Shown here: one piece after another, positions 1 to 13,172 of the stretch
Numbering within the stretch: position 1 is the first letter of the stretch
Layout: each line of letters begins with the position of its first letter
Origin: Macrostomum lignano
Lineage: Eukaryota
Length of the DNA: 64,000 bases
Direction: 5' to 3'
NCBI GenBank assembly: GCA_002269645.1
Contig: NIVC01003094.1
Span: 55,794-119,793, forward strand
Notes under the pieces: model-generated
Databases searched by the model: none
What the model was told of the DNA's origin: nothing
What the model saw: only the letters and a program-made list of their open reading frames with translations
Position numbers and translations under genes: made by a program

Positions 1-630
1 CTTTCAACTCTCACCCTCTCTCCACTCTCACCCTCTACTCTCAGTCTCTTTCAACTCTCAGCCTCTCTTTACTCTCAGCCTCTACTCTCAGTCTCTTTCA
101 ACTCTCACCCTCTCTCCACTCTCATCCTCTCTTCACTCAGTCTCTTTCAACTCTCAGCATCTGTCCACTCTTACCCTCTACGGCTACTCTCAACCTCTCT
201 CCACTTTCGGCCTCTCTTCACTCTCAGTCTCTTTCAACTCTCACCCTCTCTCCACTCTCACCCTCTACTCTCAGTCTCTTTCAACTCTCAGCCTCTCTCC
301 ACTCTCACCCTCTACTCTCAGTCTCTTTCAACTCTCACCCTCTCTCCACTCTCACCCTCTACTCTCAGTCTCTTTCAACTCTCAACCTCTCTCCACTTTC
401 AGCCTCTCTTTACTCTCACCCTCTCTCCACTTTCGGCCTCTCTTCACTCTCAGTCTCTTTCAACTCTCACCCTCTCTCCACTCTCACCCTCTACTCTCAG
501 TCTCTTTCAACTCTCAGCCTCTCTTTACTCTCACCCTCTACTCTCAGTCTCTTTCAACTCTCACCCTCTCTCCACTCTCACCCTCTCTCCACTCTCACCC
601 TCTCTCCACTCTCACCCTCTCTCCACTCTC
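1..630. repeat. CT-rich degenerate tandem array built on ~17-bp units (ctctctccactctcacc and variants); runs off the window edge
   Basis: Repeating units visible directly; almost no G on the + strand. Confidence 0.95.
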
Positions 631-632
631 CG

Positions 633-905
633 AGAAACAATGGGTGAGAAACAGTGGGTGAAACATTGGGTGAAACAGTGGGTGAAACAGTGGGTGAAAC
701 ATTGGGTGAAACAGTGGGTGAAACAGTGGGTGAAACATTGGGTGAAGCAGTGGGTGAAACAGTGGGTGAAACAGTGGGTGAAACATTGGGTGAAACAGTG
801 GGTGAAACAGTGGGTGAAACAGTGGGTGAAACAGTGGGTGAAACAGTGGGTGAAACAGTGGGTGAAACAGTGGGTGAAACATTGGGTGAAACAGTGGGTA
901 AGAAA
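633..905. repeat. 12-bp minisatellite (GAAACAGTGGGT), ~22 copies
   Basis: Direct reading; accounts for the four repetitive ORFs at 578-924. Confidence 0.95.
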
Positions 906-1151
906 CAGTGATTTTTTACCATAAAATTTATTTTTGGCAGTGGATTGATCGCTCTTCCAAAAATTCCAGAACTCTCATTGGCTGGGCGCTCATCAAATAG
1001 CAGTTATCCCCCCCCCCCCACTGATACGGGCCCCGAATTTTGAATTTTCTGTTTATGTATAACTGTATTAGATTAGCATATCTATATAATAAAAACTGGT
1101 TTTCTGATATCGGAGCTTAAATAGTTTTTGATCAAGAAATATAGCATTAAA

Positions 1152-1277
1152 ATGGCAGGTGCATACCCATGTGTAGTGTGTGTGCAGCCTGTTGTCAATG
1201 GAGAGGAAGCTATTGAGTGCTCGCAGTGTAGCGAATGGCAGCATCGTGCGTGTAACAGTCGCGTAACAGTCGCGTAA
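1152..1277 (+). pseudogene. Truncated PHD-finger-like fragment (41 aa), probably transposon-derived
   Basis: Manual translation from ATG 1152: MAGAYPCVVCVQPVVNGEEAIECSQCSEWQHRACNSRVTVA*. It shows CxxC...CxxC...WxHxxC and lacks the last CxxC. Below the ORF-track cutoff. Confidence 0.7.
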
Positions 1278-3284
1278 GCCCTAACTCAATGTGGCACTTA
1301 TTTATATTTAATCTCTAATCCAAATATACTAAATCTCTAAGGTTTGTATGTTTGCTTGTCCATAACGCTCTAGTAGTATGCTAAAATTACTATATCTGCA
1401 TGTACTAATGAGGTAGAACTAGATTGCACAATCACTGTTCAAACTGCACACAGAATAGCCTGCGCAAAAAAGTTCAAATTAATTTCAATACACGACCCCA
1501 TCTCTGTCTGTGACCCCTCTCTACTACATCTTTGTCTCTCCTGCATCGAAGTTCTGATAGTTTAAATCAAAGCGACTTCTTTTCCAGCTTTGCATAACAT
1601 TATCTGCATAAATTAGCTACTCCAGCAATAGCATATTGTCGGGCAAGGTAACAAAAATTTATCACTTTTTTAGAATGAATGCATTGACAGCTGGCTTGGT
1701 CAGCCAACTGTCTCAGGGTTGTTATTAAATCAAGATAAAAAGCAAATACTCCACCCAGTTACCACGAATAGATCGAATAGTAACAAAAAACAGCTGTACT
1801 TGACTTTTATCTCTTATAGGTTCTGACTTCATCGCTATAGCTATAGCTACAGCCTACATGCAACGGCCGTGCATTTTTAATACCAAGCCATAAATCTTGA
1901 ACGGAACGAGGGGCGTACTCAAAAAATTTAGGGGGGGGGGTTTGTTACGGAGAGAGGTGGCACTGGCAGACCCCGGAATTTTCCTCCCTCGACCCCTCCC
2001 CCTCTGGGTGCAACCCCTGAACTGCATGGACTCGAGTCGAGCTTAAAAAACTGTTTGTATATATAACTGTGAGTTCCAATTAACGTACTGAATTCAAGAG
2101 GAGGGCACAAAAAAGATTTGGATAGTAACGCATTTTTTACGAGGGGCCGGCGTTAGTGATATAGCTATCAAATATTCCAAAATAGCTGCAGGTAATAAAT
2201 ATTAGTGTGATGCAATTGAATTTCCGAGCAACGTATGTGGGCGCGGCATCTATATTGTAGTTGGTGTTCCCATGTGTAGAAGTGCAACCAAACAAGGCCC
2301 CCGGATCTGCCAAGTGCAGCATGAGCATGAGGTCATGACCTCAGAATAACATACAAACTTTGATGGGACTAAAAGTTGCATCCCAGATGGGACTATGTAA
2401 AATAAAAAAATGATTATGCCTTTGGTCCGATCTTATGGTATTTTGCATATTTCGAACGCATGTCCGCATAGTAGCTACATGTACTACTGTACTAACAGAT
2501 AAATGCAAGCATTTTGCAAAAGTATGCAACCATTGTTTTCTCACAATTTGTTCGCAAATCTCCCTTCCATCTGCCCTATCCACTGATATCTTCAAGGTTG
2601 CAGGTTTTTTCACCAAATTCCAGCATCTCCACCGCATGGACTCCCGAAATATAAACGGAGCGAGCAGCTTATACGAGTTTATGCCGGTGCCCTTCCCAAA
2701 GTTTATTGGCAAGATTTAGAAAAATATGTTCTTCGCTAATATCACATCTTTCTAATATATCACATCACACCACATTACTTATTTGCGAGCGGCAAGGCTA
2801 CATGCAGTTTGTGCTTTACTCGTAAAAACGGCTTTGATTTCGCAAATATTTCCTTTTGCATAACGCTGAATGTGATTTCAGCTGCGGAAATTTAAAAAAA
2901 TTTGACTGCTATTGATAATTCCTGATCGGCTAGAAAAAACGTCACAGATAGAATGGATAACGTGTACATGTACATGTATCTTGCACTTATATGCACATAC
3001 GTGCATCTCACATGTATTACATGTATTACATTACATATATCAAGAAGTTTGGTACATGTATATTTTGGAGAGATGTCAGAATGTCAGAATCAGTATTTAT
3101 CGATCAGTACCCTTTGAAAAAATGCATGTACATGTAGCTCACACTGTACCTGTGCAAAGTTGCCGCAGTGCGCGAGAGTAAACTATATTTGCATTTAAAA
3201 ATCGGAGGCAAAAGATCAAATGTGTGAAAAATGCTGTAATTTGTGTATTATAGTGCCTGAAATTCAGAAATGAATTAAAAGCGC

Positions 3285-3605
3285 GAGAATGAGTGAGTGA
3301 GAGAGAAAGCGAGAATATAGGAGTGAGGGTGAGAGAGTGAGTGAGTGAGTGAGAGAGTGAGTGAGTGAGTGAGTGAGAGAGAGTGAGAGAGAGAGAAAGC
3401 GAGAATATAGGAGTGAGGGTGAGTGAGGGTGAGTAAGTGAGTGAGTGAGAGAGAGTGAGTGAGAGAGAAAGCGAGAATATAGGAGTGAGGGTGAGAGAGT
3501 GAGTGAGTGAGAGAGAGAGAAAGAGAGAGAGTGAGTGAGTGAGTGAGTGAGAGAGTGAGTTAAAGAGAGAGTGAGAGAGAGAGAGAGAGTGAGTGAGAGA
3601 GTGAG
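3285..3605. repeat. GA/GAGT-rich low-complexity array with a recurring gagagaaagcgagaatataggagtgagggtga block
   Basis: Direct reading. Confidence 0.9.
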
Positions 3606-6600
3606 AGATCTCCTAACCCCCGGATCCATATATTCTCTCAAATTACATGTGCATGTACATTTACTCTCATCCCCTCCCTTTGCTTTCACCAAAATTCTCG
3701 GCTTTGAGTACACAATAAAATACACACAATAATGCTCGTACATTTACACAGACATTCTCATAGGCATTGGGCCTAAGATGCGCTTTTTCTGTTATGTGAG
3801 TGAACGATAGTGGTTAACTTGCTTTCGTCAAAGCACATGTAAACCTTCGTCAAAATGAATGGCACCTCTAAATCCACGTACCATAGCACAATATCAAGCC
3901 GCTAGATTTGTTTGTCCGTAATAATGCACTAGACGCACCCAGACGCCGAATATACACTCAAATAATCGTGCGAGCTCGTAAAAAAACTTTTCAAATTACA
4001 GCAACTTGCAATTGAACTTTTGAGAGGCTTTTTGAAAGTGAAGTTAAAATTAATTACTCAAGCTTTTGCTCTCAAAAGCATTATTCATGCTCATCCACTG
4101 CTAAAAGTAACAAATTGTGCTTTTGTTAAAGATATTTTTAAAATTGCCCTTGTTGACTTGCAATCGTTTTGGGCCACTTAATTATTCATCTTATTCCTGA
4201 CCAATCTTGGGACGCTTCTTCCTCATCTAACTCCACAACCCATCACAACCAATAGCAATGCTGGAAGATTGGTAGCTCCCCCTCAATTCCAGTAGCCAGT
4301 AAGAGCTGTGGCGGTCTTGGTGTGTGGCGGTCTTGGTCATGCGCCCTATGAGTATGACATTTGCCTTTGGCTTTAAAATGGTTTATGGTTATAAGCTTGC
4401 TTTTGAAAAATTGGCTTTTAGCAAGCCTTATAATATGGCCAATGAACTTTCCTTACATTTTATTCGTATCTTTTCGCCATCTTTTTATTCTTACTTTTTT
4501 ATAGGCCTATTTTTCTTATAAAGTTTGTTATTGTAGAAAACATTACATAGGCCTATAAAGTTTACAATAAAAAAGATATACCTAGGCCTAAACACTATAT
4601 AGTGCACCACTGGAAATTTCTTAAAATATCATTGTTGCACTTATCAAGGTCTAGGGTCGATAAGAAGTAACAATAACAGGATTGCACCCTACGAGTACGC
4701 CTGACACTGTGCAATGAAATGTATGGTTTTTTATAGAAAACAAAAATGTATTCAGCAGCTGAGTCAGCTGAAGAGCTAGTCTGACAAGACTGACCTTAGA
4801 TAGGCGTAGATCGTCTTTATCCTCTTTCATATCGTATCAGGCTAGGTAGGCTAGCAATCAACAAGATGTGAAATCTGAAAAAGAACGTTACTGTACTTTT
4901 CAAACTTGTATGTTTCTTAGAAAAAATAATCGTGCTTCTAAATATAACACATAAAAGATGTGCGTAGGACTTAAATATTTACTAATTTGTATTAAAATTT
5001 CCTATCTTAATTAGATTTTTAGGCCTTTTTGTGTGCTATAAGTAGGCACGAAATTGTGTTCTAAACTTTTGTTGAGTAAGTGTTGAGTTTAAATTATCTT
5101 TTTAACTGTAAATCAACTTGAGTTTATACTACATATATGACTTTGACTTGGGGAAAAATAATATCAATTTCAAGAGTAGTGATCGAATGATCTAATTAGG
5201 CCTAATGACAGTCATAATCGTACCTTAATTATGTATAGATCAAAAGGACTACTTAAGCAGTCCTTGATGCATCCATCCCTGTGTGTATGTCCATGTTACC
5301 TTGTATAGATATATTTAATTTTAAGTTTTTTGTCTAATGATAAGACATTTTAGTGCCTTCCCCTTAGGAAATTAGAATAGGCCTAGGCTATGGAATGCAA
5401 ATCAGGCTTTCAACTTTCAAGTCTGTGTCTTTGCATATTTAGACCTGTAAACTTTAACTCTAGCTATTGTATAGGCCTAATATTGATAGAGCAATAAGAA
5501 AGGCACAACATATCACAAGATGAACACTGGAACTGCCTCCTAGCCTATCAAAAGCAATTTAGGCCTAACATTTTTTGTGCCGAAAAAATGGAAACTTCCT
5601 ATCTCCGTAGTGTATTTTTTCGGGAAAACCTGCCTTTTAAAATTTTCTAAGAAATGAGGTTTCCTGTCGTTCTACTTAAGTCATCCTTGTCTATGTTATG
5701 CACATTGCACATAATGGTCTATATGTACAAAATATTAGGCCCTACATTTCAATAAAAGTTTGTATAGATAAAGTAAGACAGATTATAGATAGGCTTAGAG
5801 TAAATTTGCTAATAATTACAATTACAAGACAATATCACAATGATAATGTAATGATAATAGGCAGCCTAGGGAGTAGGGACTATCAACTTGATAATAGACC
5901 TAGGAGATGAGATAAAATGTCTAAACTAATAATACTAACTAGGTCTACTAGGATGTTGAAGAATCTAAAACTAAGTCATATACTCATATCATATAGATAT
6001 AGGCTATAGCCATTATGCACAATGCAGTACTATATAAGCTAGGCAGTCTTACTTATACCTAACTCAATATAGGCCTAACATAGGCCTATCTATTGATAGA
6101 TATCCAGAATCCAGGATAGGCCATAAGCGATGGATATCTTGCATGCTTTAACTATTGAATGAAAGACTTGACAATGTTGACTACTCTACTCTGTCACTCT
6201 GACTGTGCTCTATCTACCTACATCATTATCCATACTATAACATTAACAACAATGCAACTAATCATGCAAAGCTTATAATTTTTTAGTGTGAAGTGAAACG
6301 TGTTTAAAAAAATTTGAGTGACCTAACAAAGCTGAGCTAAAGCTATGCAAGGAGACAGGGCTGTGCTTTTTATAACTGGTCATAATTATTATTTAAAAAT
6401 ATGGAAAAAAAATCTTAAGCCTATCATGCACATCCAACTTCGTGGTGAAGGGGCTAGTGTCCATTTAAGGATGTACTGTCCTGCTGTGTGCTTGCTTCTT
6501 AAACTTGTCCATCTAATTTTGCTAGCCTATCCACACCTGCTTTATTGCATCATGTTAGCTTAATTAATTTAATTCTACCCTCTTTCTGTATTATTGCCTT

Positions 6601-7200
6601 ATGATGCTGATTGCTCAGCGAAACATGTCACGAAAACATCAATAAAACTCTATGGTTTAAAGAAAAAGAAAATAAAGAAGAAAACATGTGCGAATGTTCG
6701 ATTTTGCGTTCATTTTCCTATAGCATTCCTAAAACGGTGGTGTACCCAACCTCAACTCTAAGAAATCCGGACTTTTTGCTGGCTCTCAATCAGAGACTTT
6801 ATAAATTGAGAAAAAAAATAAAAAAATAAAAATAATAAAAAACTAAAAGTGATGTTTCCTCAAGCTGCTAAATTAAGTATTCCATTCCATAATTTAATGT
6901 CAGAAGTGACTGCAATACCAAACTTTCCAGCCAAAAAATTGTTTTTCCCGAACCAGACATTTATATTACATACTCGTATGCACACACCACATTAAGAAAA
7001 TCAAGCTGATCTCTAAGGCCCACAGGGCAATATAAGAGCCAACCATGCTGGGACTACTTGCGTGGCATAGCCCTAGAGTACACTCTGGCAAAATTCAGAG
7101 TGCACTCTAGGCCAAAGTGCACTATCTCTGCACTATCCCAAAGTTGTACTATCTCAATGTGCACTCTAGGCCTGAGTGCACTCTGGCCAAAGTGCACTAT

Positions 7201-7850
7201 CCTTCGAAACCGCATTCAACTCATCATCAACCACAGGCTTCTCAACATCCAGAGCGGCTTTCGATCTGGACGCTGTGATCATCATTGACACCTGCGATCG
7301 AGACTCGCCAAAAGGCGGTGTCAATTGTTTTTGTAGATTTCTGCAAAGCTTTTGACTCCGTCAGCCCCGCGGGCGGCCATTGCCTGCAGCTCCTCCAGCA
7401 GCATGGAGTTCCTCAGCTGCTGTTTCAGGCGATCATGGACCTCTACAGCTCGTCCAAGGCTTTTTTCCAGACTGAACACGGCCCTACACCTGAATTTGCC
7501 ACCACCTCCGATCTGGGGTCCTGCAAGGTGACCCTATCACCGTTTCTATTCGTTATCCTGATTGACTACGTCATGCGGCTGGCTCTGCGCGACGAAGACG
7601 GCTATGAAGTGGTGCCTCGCCGCAGCTCCCGCTTTCCCTGTGTCAAGCTGACCTGCCTCGCCTTCGCCGACGACTTGGCGCTGACCTGCTGCAGCCCCGG
7701 AGCTGCGCAGAGGGCGGTGAGTCGGCTGGCTGACGAGGGGAAGCGCGTGGGGCTCCACATCAAATAGGCTCGTACAGCAAGACAGAGGTGCTGCATTTTG
7801 GCATTGCCAACTCTCCACCGCCGCTGCTTCTACCGGACGGCAACACCATC
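7201..7850 (+). mobile_element. RTE-type non-LTR retrotransposon reverse transcriptase fragment, frameshifted
   Basis: Motifs QSGFRSGR, FVDFCKAFDSVS, TLSPFLFVILIDYVMR, LAFADDLAL, GLHI..KTEV split over several frames. Confidence 0.9.
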
Positions 7851-8800
7851 AGACCTGAGTGTGGGCTCTGCCGCTGAGGATCGAGTAGGTCTACCAGCGG
7901 ATAAATATCGGGCCACCAAAGTGGGTTGATAAAATTCCCAAGGGGTTTAGAGGGCCCTTTTGGAGATGGGTGTCTTTACTGCAAATGTCGCAACTACTAC
8001 ACGGCTTGACTCCGGCCAACCGGCTGTAGACCTGCGGTTTTAGAGATGGGATCTTGCCAACGAGGTCGCACGTACTAGCATGAGAGCGAACACTTCTTAC
8101 AGCGTGAAATCTAGCTTAGCAACAATTCATGGACCTTTTAGACTACAGTATATAACAGTAGGGACGGCAAGCGGAAATTTTACGTTACTTAGAAAATCGA
8201 AGAGGAATTTTCCGGGGATTTAATCGCCTAAAGGACCGACAAGGCTAGTAGGGAAAACAGTCAGCTTTGTTGAAGGTCGTTTGCCAAACTCTTGAGCTTG
8301 AGATGCTCAGGGAACCCCGAAATTGTGAAGGCTCACCGGGTGGTTGAAGACTAAAAAATAAAGGCCCCACGGGGAATCAGAATGAGGAAATAAAATTAAG
8401 TTTCGTGCAGGTAAAGACTAAGAGAGATGCGAGAGAGTCACCACATCATGAATAAGTAAAGAAGGGATGCACCATGCCCGTGACAGAGACGCAAGCGCTG
8501 CTTACTAGTTCTATTGAGGCTCAGCATATGCGGGATTTTCAATTAAAGCCCAAGCTTAGCAGGTCGATATCGGATAGGGAATGGTATAAAGCAACCATAG
8601 ACCGCAGAGAACCGTAACAACCCGCAATCTCGTTCACTCTAGAGCCTAAGGCTACGCCCAGTGGTGAGTAAAGCCTCCCTGACCCTCCCTGCGGACTCAA
8701 CGGCAGCCCTAGGCAGCTTATTAACGCAGTATAGAGTTTTGAAGGTAAGACTGCCTAAATCAGCGCCCTGCAATTCATACATCGAGCTCATCGAAGCGGA

Positions 8801-11531
8801 ATGGAGCTGATGCGCTCAGATATAAGTCGCCTCTATCCGGACACGTACTTCAGTCCGGTCACCTGGGAAATGGACCAGGAGCGCTTTCTGCGACTCCGGG
8901 TGAAAATCAACTCGGAGGGACTAATCGAACTGGATTTGAGCTCGCAGAACATTGTTGACTTGCCGCAGGAGGCCTACAACTTTAGCCGAGTCGAGTTGCT
9001 GAATGTATCCAAGAACAGACTCGAGAGGCTGGGCCACCAGATCGGGCAATTTCGTCGGCTCAAGATTCTTCACGCCTACCTGAACTGCCTGTCTCATGTG
9101 CCCGACACCATCTCCAACTGCAACCAGCTCACGGAGCTGGACCTCTCCAACAACAATCTTTCTTCGCTGCCTGGCACGATTGGCTACATGAAGAATATGA
9201 AAGTGCTCAACATATCGTCCAACTATTTTGAGCAACTGCCGCACGGCATAGGACAAATGGAGAATTTAAAGTCACTGAATGCTCAGAACAACAAGCTGTG
9301 GGGCGTACCGTTTACGATGAAGAACTTAAAGAGTTTGAGAAGCCTCAACCTAGCTCACAATCGTTTCAATGTACTGCCTGAGGTAATCTGTTCAATTCGA
9401 TCGATCAGGGAGCTTAATCTCAAAGGCAACCGCCTAGTTGACCTTCCAATTGAGATGCAGCAGCTGCGTAACCTTCAAGTGAGTGTAAAAATAATGATTA
9501 GAATGCTCCTAATTGAAAAGAAATTTGTTAAGAAATTGTTAAGAAACCAACAAGATTACGAGCTACCATTTAGGAAAATTGTAACTAACTTACTTTTTCA
9601 CACTGCAGGATCTAAATCTGTCCAAGAACAAGTTCGAAACCATGCCTCAGTCAATCCTGGGCATTCGCTGCTTAGTGACTTTAAACCTGTCCAACAATCA
9701 GCTCAATCACGTGCCTTACCGTTTGTCGCGTCTGACAAAACTTAGAACTCTGCTTCTGCAAGACAATAAGATTCTGTCCTTCTCTTGCGATTGCGTGTCG
9801 CTCGAAACGTTGAACCTCTCCGACAACAGCATGAAGTCGCTCTCGGTTGAGAAACTCGTCAACCTGAAGATGCTGAACCTGGCTGACAACCTGTTGGAGG
9901 CCGTTCCTATGGGATTGTCGGATGCAACGGCTCTCGAGAGGCTGTTCTTGCAAAACAATCGTCTCTACTACCTGCCTCCGGACATTGCCTTGTTAAAGCG
10001 TCTCAGAACGCTCGACCTCGGCAACACACACACACACACACACAACAGCATCAAAAGCATCAACAGCAAATGCAGCAGCTTCAGGTGCCCCAGGGCCAGC
10101 AACCACAGGTGTCACCCAAGGCATGGCTTGCAGCAGGTGGTCCGCAACCGGCCGTCACAAGCCGCAACCGTCACGGTGAGCTTCGCTCAAAATCGCAGTC
10201 CACATTTCTAAGAAACGGCGGCGGCGGTGGCGGCGGCCCAGCCAAAAAAGGAGGCCACGGCACGGCCAAGCGGAACGCGGCCCAGCGTAACACGTCTCAC
10301 ACGAGCAACAATGGGCACCTGCAGCAGCACCGTCGATCGTTTCACGCCGCTCTGCCTGACAGCAACATTGAAAGCGTCTCGGAGCCCGAGGGCGGCGGTC
10401 GACGCAGAGCGATAACACCAACGCCAATGTCTACCTCATTCGTTGGCGCCTTTGGTCAGCAGTCCGCCGTGATGGCAACCAAAGTGCTGCCGCTTCAGCC
10501 ATCCAACGGGAACATTTTTATGTACGATCCGACCAGCTACCCGGCCTCGCTGCAGGTGGCCTCAATCCAGGACCTGCACCAGGCGTCCATCATCGACCAG
10601 CTGGTGAATTCGCCCGACAGCACTTCAGACGAAGAAGACAGGCGACCAGTCCGTACGACGGTGTCCTCGAGGTCACAACCGGCTCAGCAGCATCTCCAGA
10701 ATCATCATCAGCCGCAGCCGAACCAGAAGATGCAGAATCGTGTCGACTACAATCTGCTTGGCGTCTGCAACGAAGTGGAGACTCTGTTGCACGAGAATTG
10801 GGCCCGGCCGGCCGAGCGCTGGAAAAAGCTTAGCATTCGATCATTGAGGAAGGCCAAGTCCAAGTATGAATTCCATGTTACTCTTTTGTAGTGCAGCTCT
10901 TATACTTACAGTTTATCTGCAAATTGTTTTATATTTTGTTCACAGCCAGGACCTCCGCTCCCAGACGGCAATGGACCGCAGTCCCAGCCTGCCGGTGCGG
11001 ACGCTCAGCCAGCGCAGGGGTCACTCGGTGCAGGCCCAGCCCGACGTGTTTGTCATCACCCAGGCCGGCGGACTGTTTGCGTCCACCTTTGATCCGGCTG
11101 TTCGGATTCACTTCCCAGCCAACTCGGTTGAGAAGGCCATCGAGCTGCATATGCGGGTTGAGTCTATTGATAAGTCACTGATTGACGAGCTGCGCCAGGT
11201 GCTGCCAGCCGTTGACAACCTGGTGACCGTGGGGCACCTGGTGCGCGTCGAGCAGAGCACGGAAGCGCCGCTGCACGCGCAGGTCACGCTGTTCCTGCCG
11301 CTGCCAACTGCCGGCGGTGGAGGCGGCGCAATCAAAGGCCGTCTGCAGGTCGTGACCCTGCGCGAGGACACCTGCGTGCCGTTCACGTCCGGCTGGCGTC
11401 AGACGCCGGGTGGCATCGAACTCAGGACCTGGCAGCTGGCTGGCAAAGTTGCGGTGGTCACAAAAGCAAAGTGCAAGTATAAGGCCTGCAAGAGTGTTGA
11501 GGAACTGCTGGACACTGTGCACAGCATGTGA
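8801..11531 (+). CDS. LRR + ZU5 (PIDD-like architecture) protein; exons ~8801-9478, 9609-10863, 10946-11531; frameshift at the (AC)n tract 10024-10044
   Basis: About 15 LxxLxLxxNxLxxLP repeats. Intron 9479-9608 (gtgagt..tgcag) joins RNLQ|DLNLSKN in phase 0. Intron 10864-10945 (gtatga..cacag) is phase-2 consistent. Exon 3 has ZU5-like GGLFASTFDPAVRIHFP..GHLVRVE..VTLFLPLP. Start could be 8801 or 8870. Confidence 0.8.
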
Positions 11532-11689
11532 AGAACCAGAAGCTATTTTTACTACTATCTAACAGCGAAACAACAAGTAGTAAGATTGATATTTTGAGTT
11601 TAGGCTTCATGTGTGCATTCCACTCTCATGTATTTATTTTTTCATTGGAGGCAGGGGGCTGTGTGTACCCTGCTGGCACACTTTAAGCG

Positions 11690-11915
11690 ACATTGTCACA
11701 CAACCGGCGATTCCGCCGACTCCCCTGAGCAGGCACACATGCGCGCGGATACGCACGCAGGAATCGCACAGGTCCACACTCACACAGGAGAGTACAGCGG
11801 CCCTAGCTGTATTTATCGTTAGGCATGTACACTTCACTGTGCCCAGGGGGTTGGCCCTCAAGGGCGTTAATTGCACGAGCAGAGCAAAGCCGAGATTCCA
11901 ATTTAGCCCCAAATT
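11690..11915 (-). mobile_element. SINE family B copy (tRNA-like head missing or degraded)
   Basis: Shares acagcggccct..aggcatgtacact..gtgcccagggggttggccctcaaggg..gcac with the copies at 21.1, 29.3 and 31.5 kb. Confidence 0.6.
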
Positions 11916-12819
11916 AAAGTGATTTCACTTGAAATCGAGCCTGAGCCGCTGGCAGATAAGAGCCCCCTTACTCTCAGTTGTAAAGTAGAACTGATTCTCT
12001 CAATCCTCTCAATCCCAAAGACTATTTCGCACGTAAATTTCATAAATCTTTGAGTCAGCATTCAAGGATCTGCTATTAACCATCATAGCCTGAATCTGTT
12101 CATGCTGGACGGCAGATTATACAAGCTGAAGATGTCGAATTTCGAAAATTTCAATGCGGATGTGTGTGCGGCCTGGTCATCAATCCTTAAATGAGCGCAC
12201 TTGAGGCCAGGGCGGTCTCGTCAGTAAACGTTTTTTTATCACCTAAAACTTCTTCGCATTGATGCGCGCTCGTAGTAATATTAATCTTTATTCTACGAGT
12301 ATCAGTAAGTTTCAATTGGCTAAGAGGACTGCCGAGACTACTTTATTTAGATGTTTTAGGTCTGTACATGTACTTACGTACCCTCGAATCTTTAACCCTC
12401 AGCCTCCCTTCACTAAATCGCTGCAACTTTATGGCTGTGCAATGCTACTTTTTCGAATATCTTGATTCTATATATTTATAAGCCTCGATACAAACGACTT
12501 TAATTTGTCGTTTTGTTTGAACTCATAACATAGTACTTTTAAATAATGAATAATTTGCACGAATTTTCCTCTGTATTGCTCGGCTCCACTGTATCTCCTT
12601 TTTCATGCATTGATTGCCATTTTGCACTATATTCTGCTAACAAAAACGTCACTTTGTGATGGAGCAATTTTTTATTATTGATATTAATGCACACCCATCC
12701 TTGATTTATATTCCTAAAAAAGCAATAAAACTTTTAAATAGCTCGTACATGTACATCACTGTGCCGCACCGTTGAGCAGCTTTGTTGTGTTGATTTCTCA
12801 GCTGGAATTTTGATCTACT

Positions 12820-12945
12820 TTGAATCTGCCTCTCCGCTCATTGAATCTGCCTCTCCGCTCATTGAATCTGCCTCTCCGCTCATTGAATCTGCCTCTCCGC
12901 TCATTGAATCCGCCTCTCCGCTCATTGAATCTGCCTCTCCGCTCA
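12820..12945. repeat. 21-bp tandem repeat x6 (TTGAATCTGCCTCTCCGCTCA)
   Basis: Direct reading. Confidence 0.95.
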
Positions 12946-13172
12946 CTATGCGTAGCGTTAGTTCTCTTCTCGCTTCCTTATACGAGCTTAATAAGCCTTA
13001 TCATTAAACATCTGTTTAGGAAAACGAAAAAAAAAGTCTATGACAAAAGCGCCAGTCAGTAAATGTACGCAGTAAATCAGATTGAAAGAATCCCTAATTA
13101 GGATGTAAAAAATATACTCTGCAGAATCGGCGCCAGCACGAGCTATCGTATCAACTGTTCGGAACTTTTAGT

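Noticed and set aside
578-924. Four overlapping repetitive ORFs (VSPT, HPLF, VKQW, GETV)
   Set aside because: Translations of a 12-bp minisatellite that is stop-free in several frames.
2341-2719. Overlapping 123-aa (-) and 94-aa (+) ORFs
   Set aside because: No recognisable motif, AT-rich context and no splice support.
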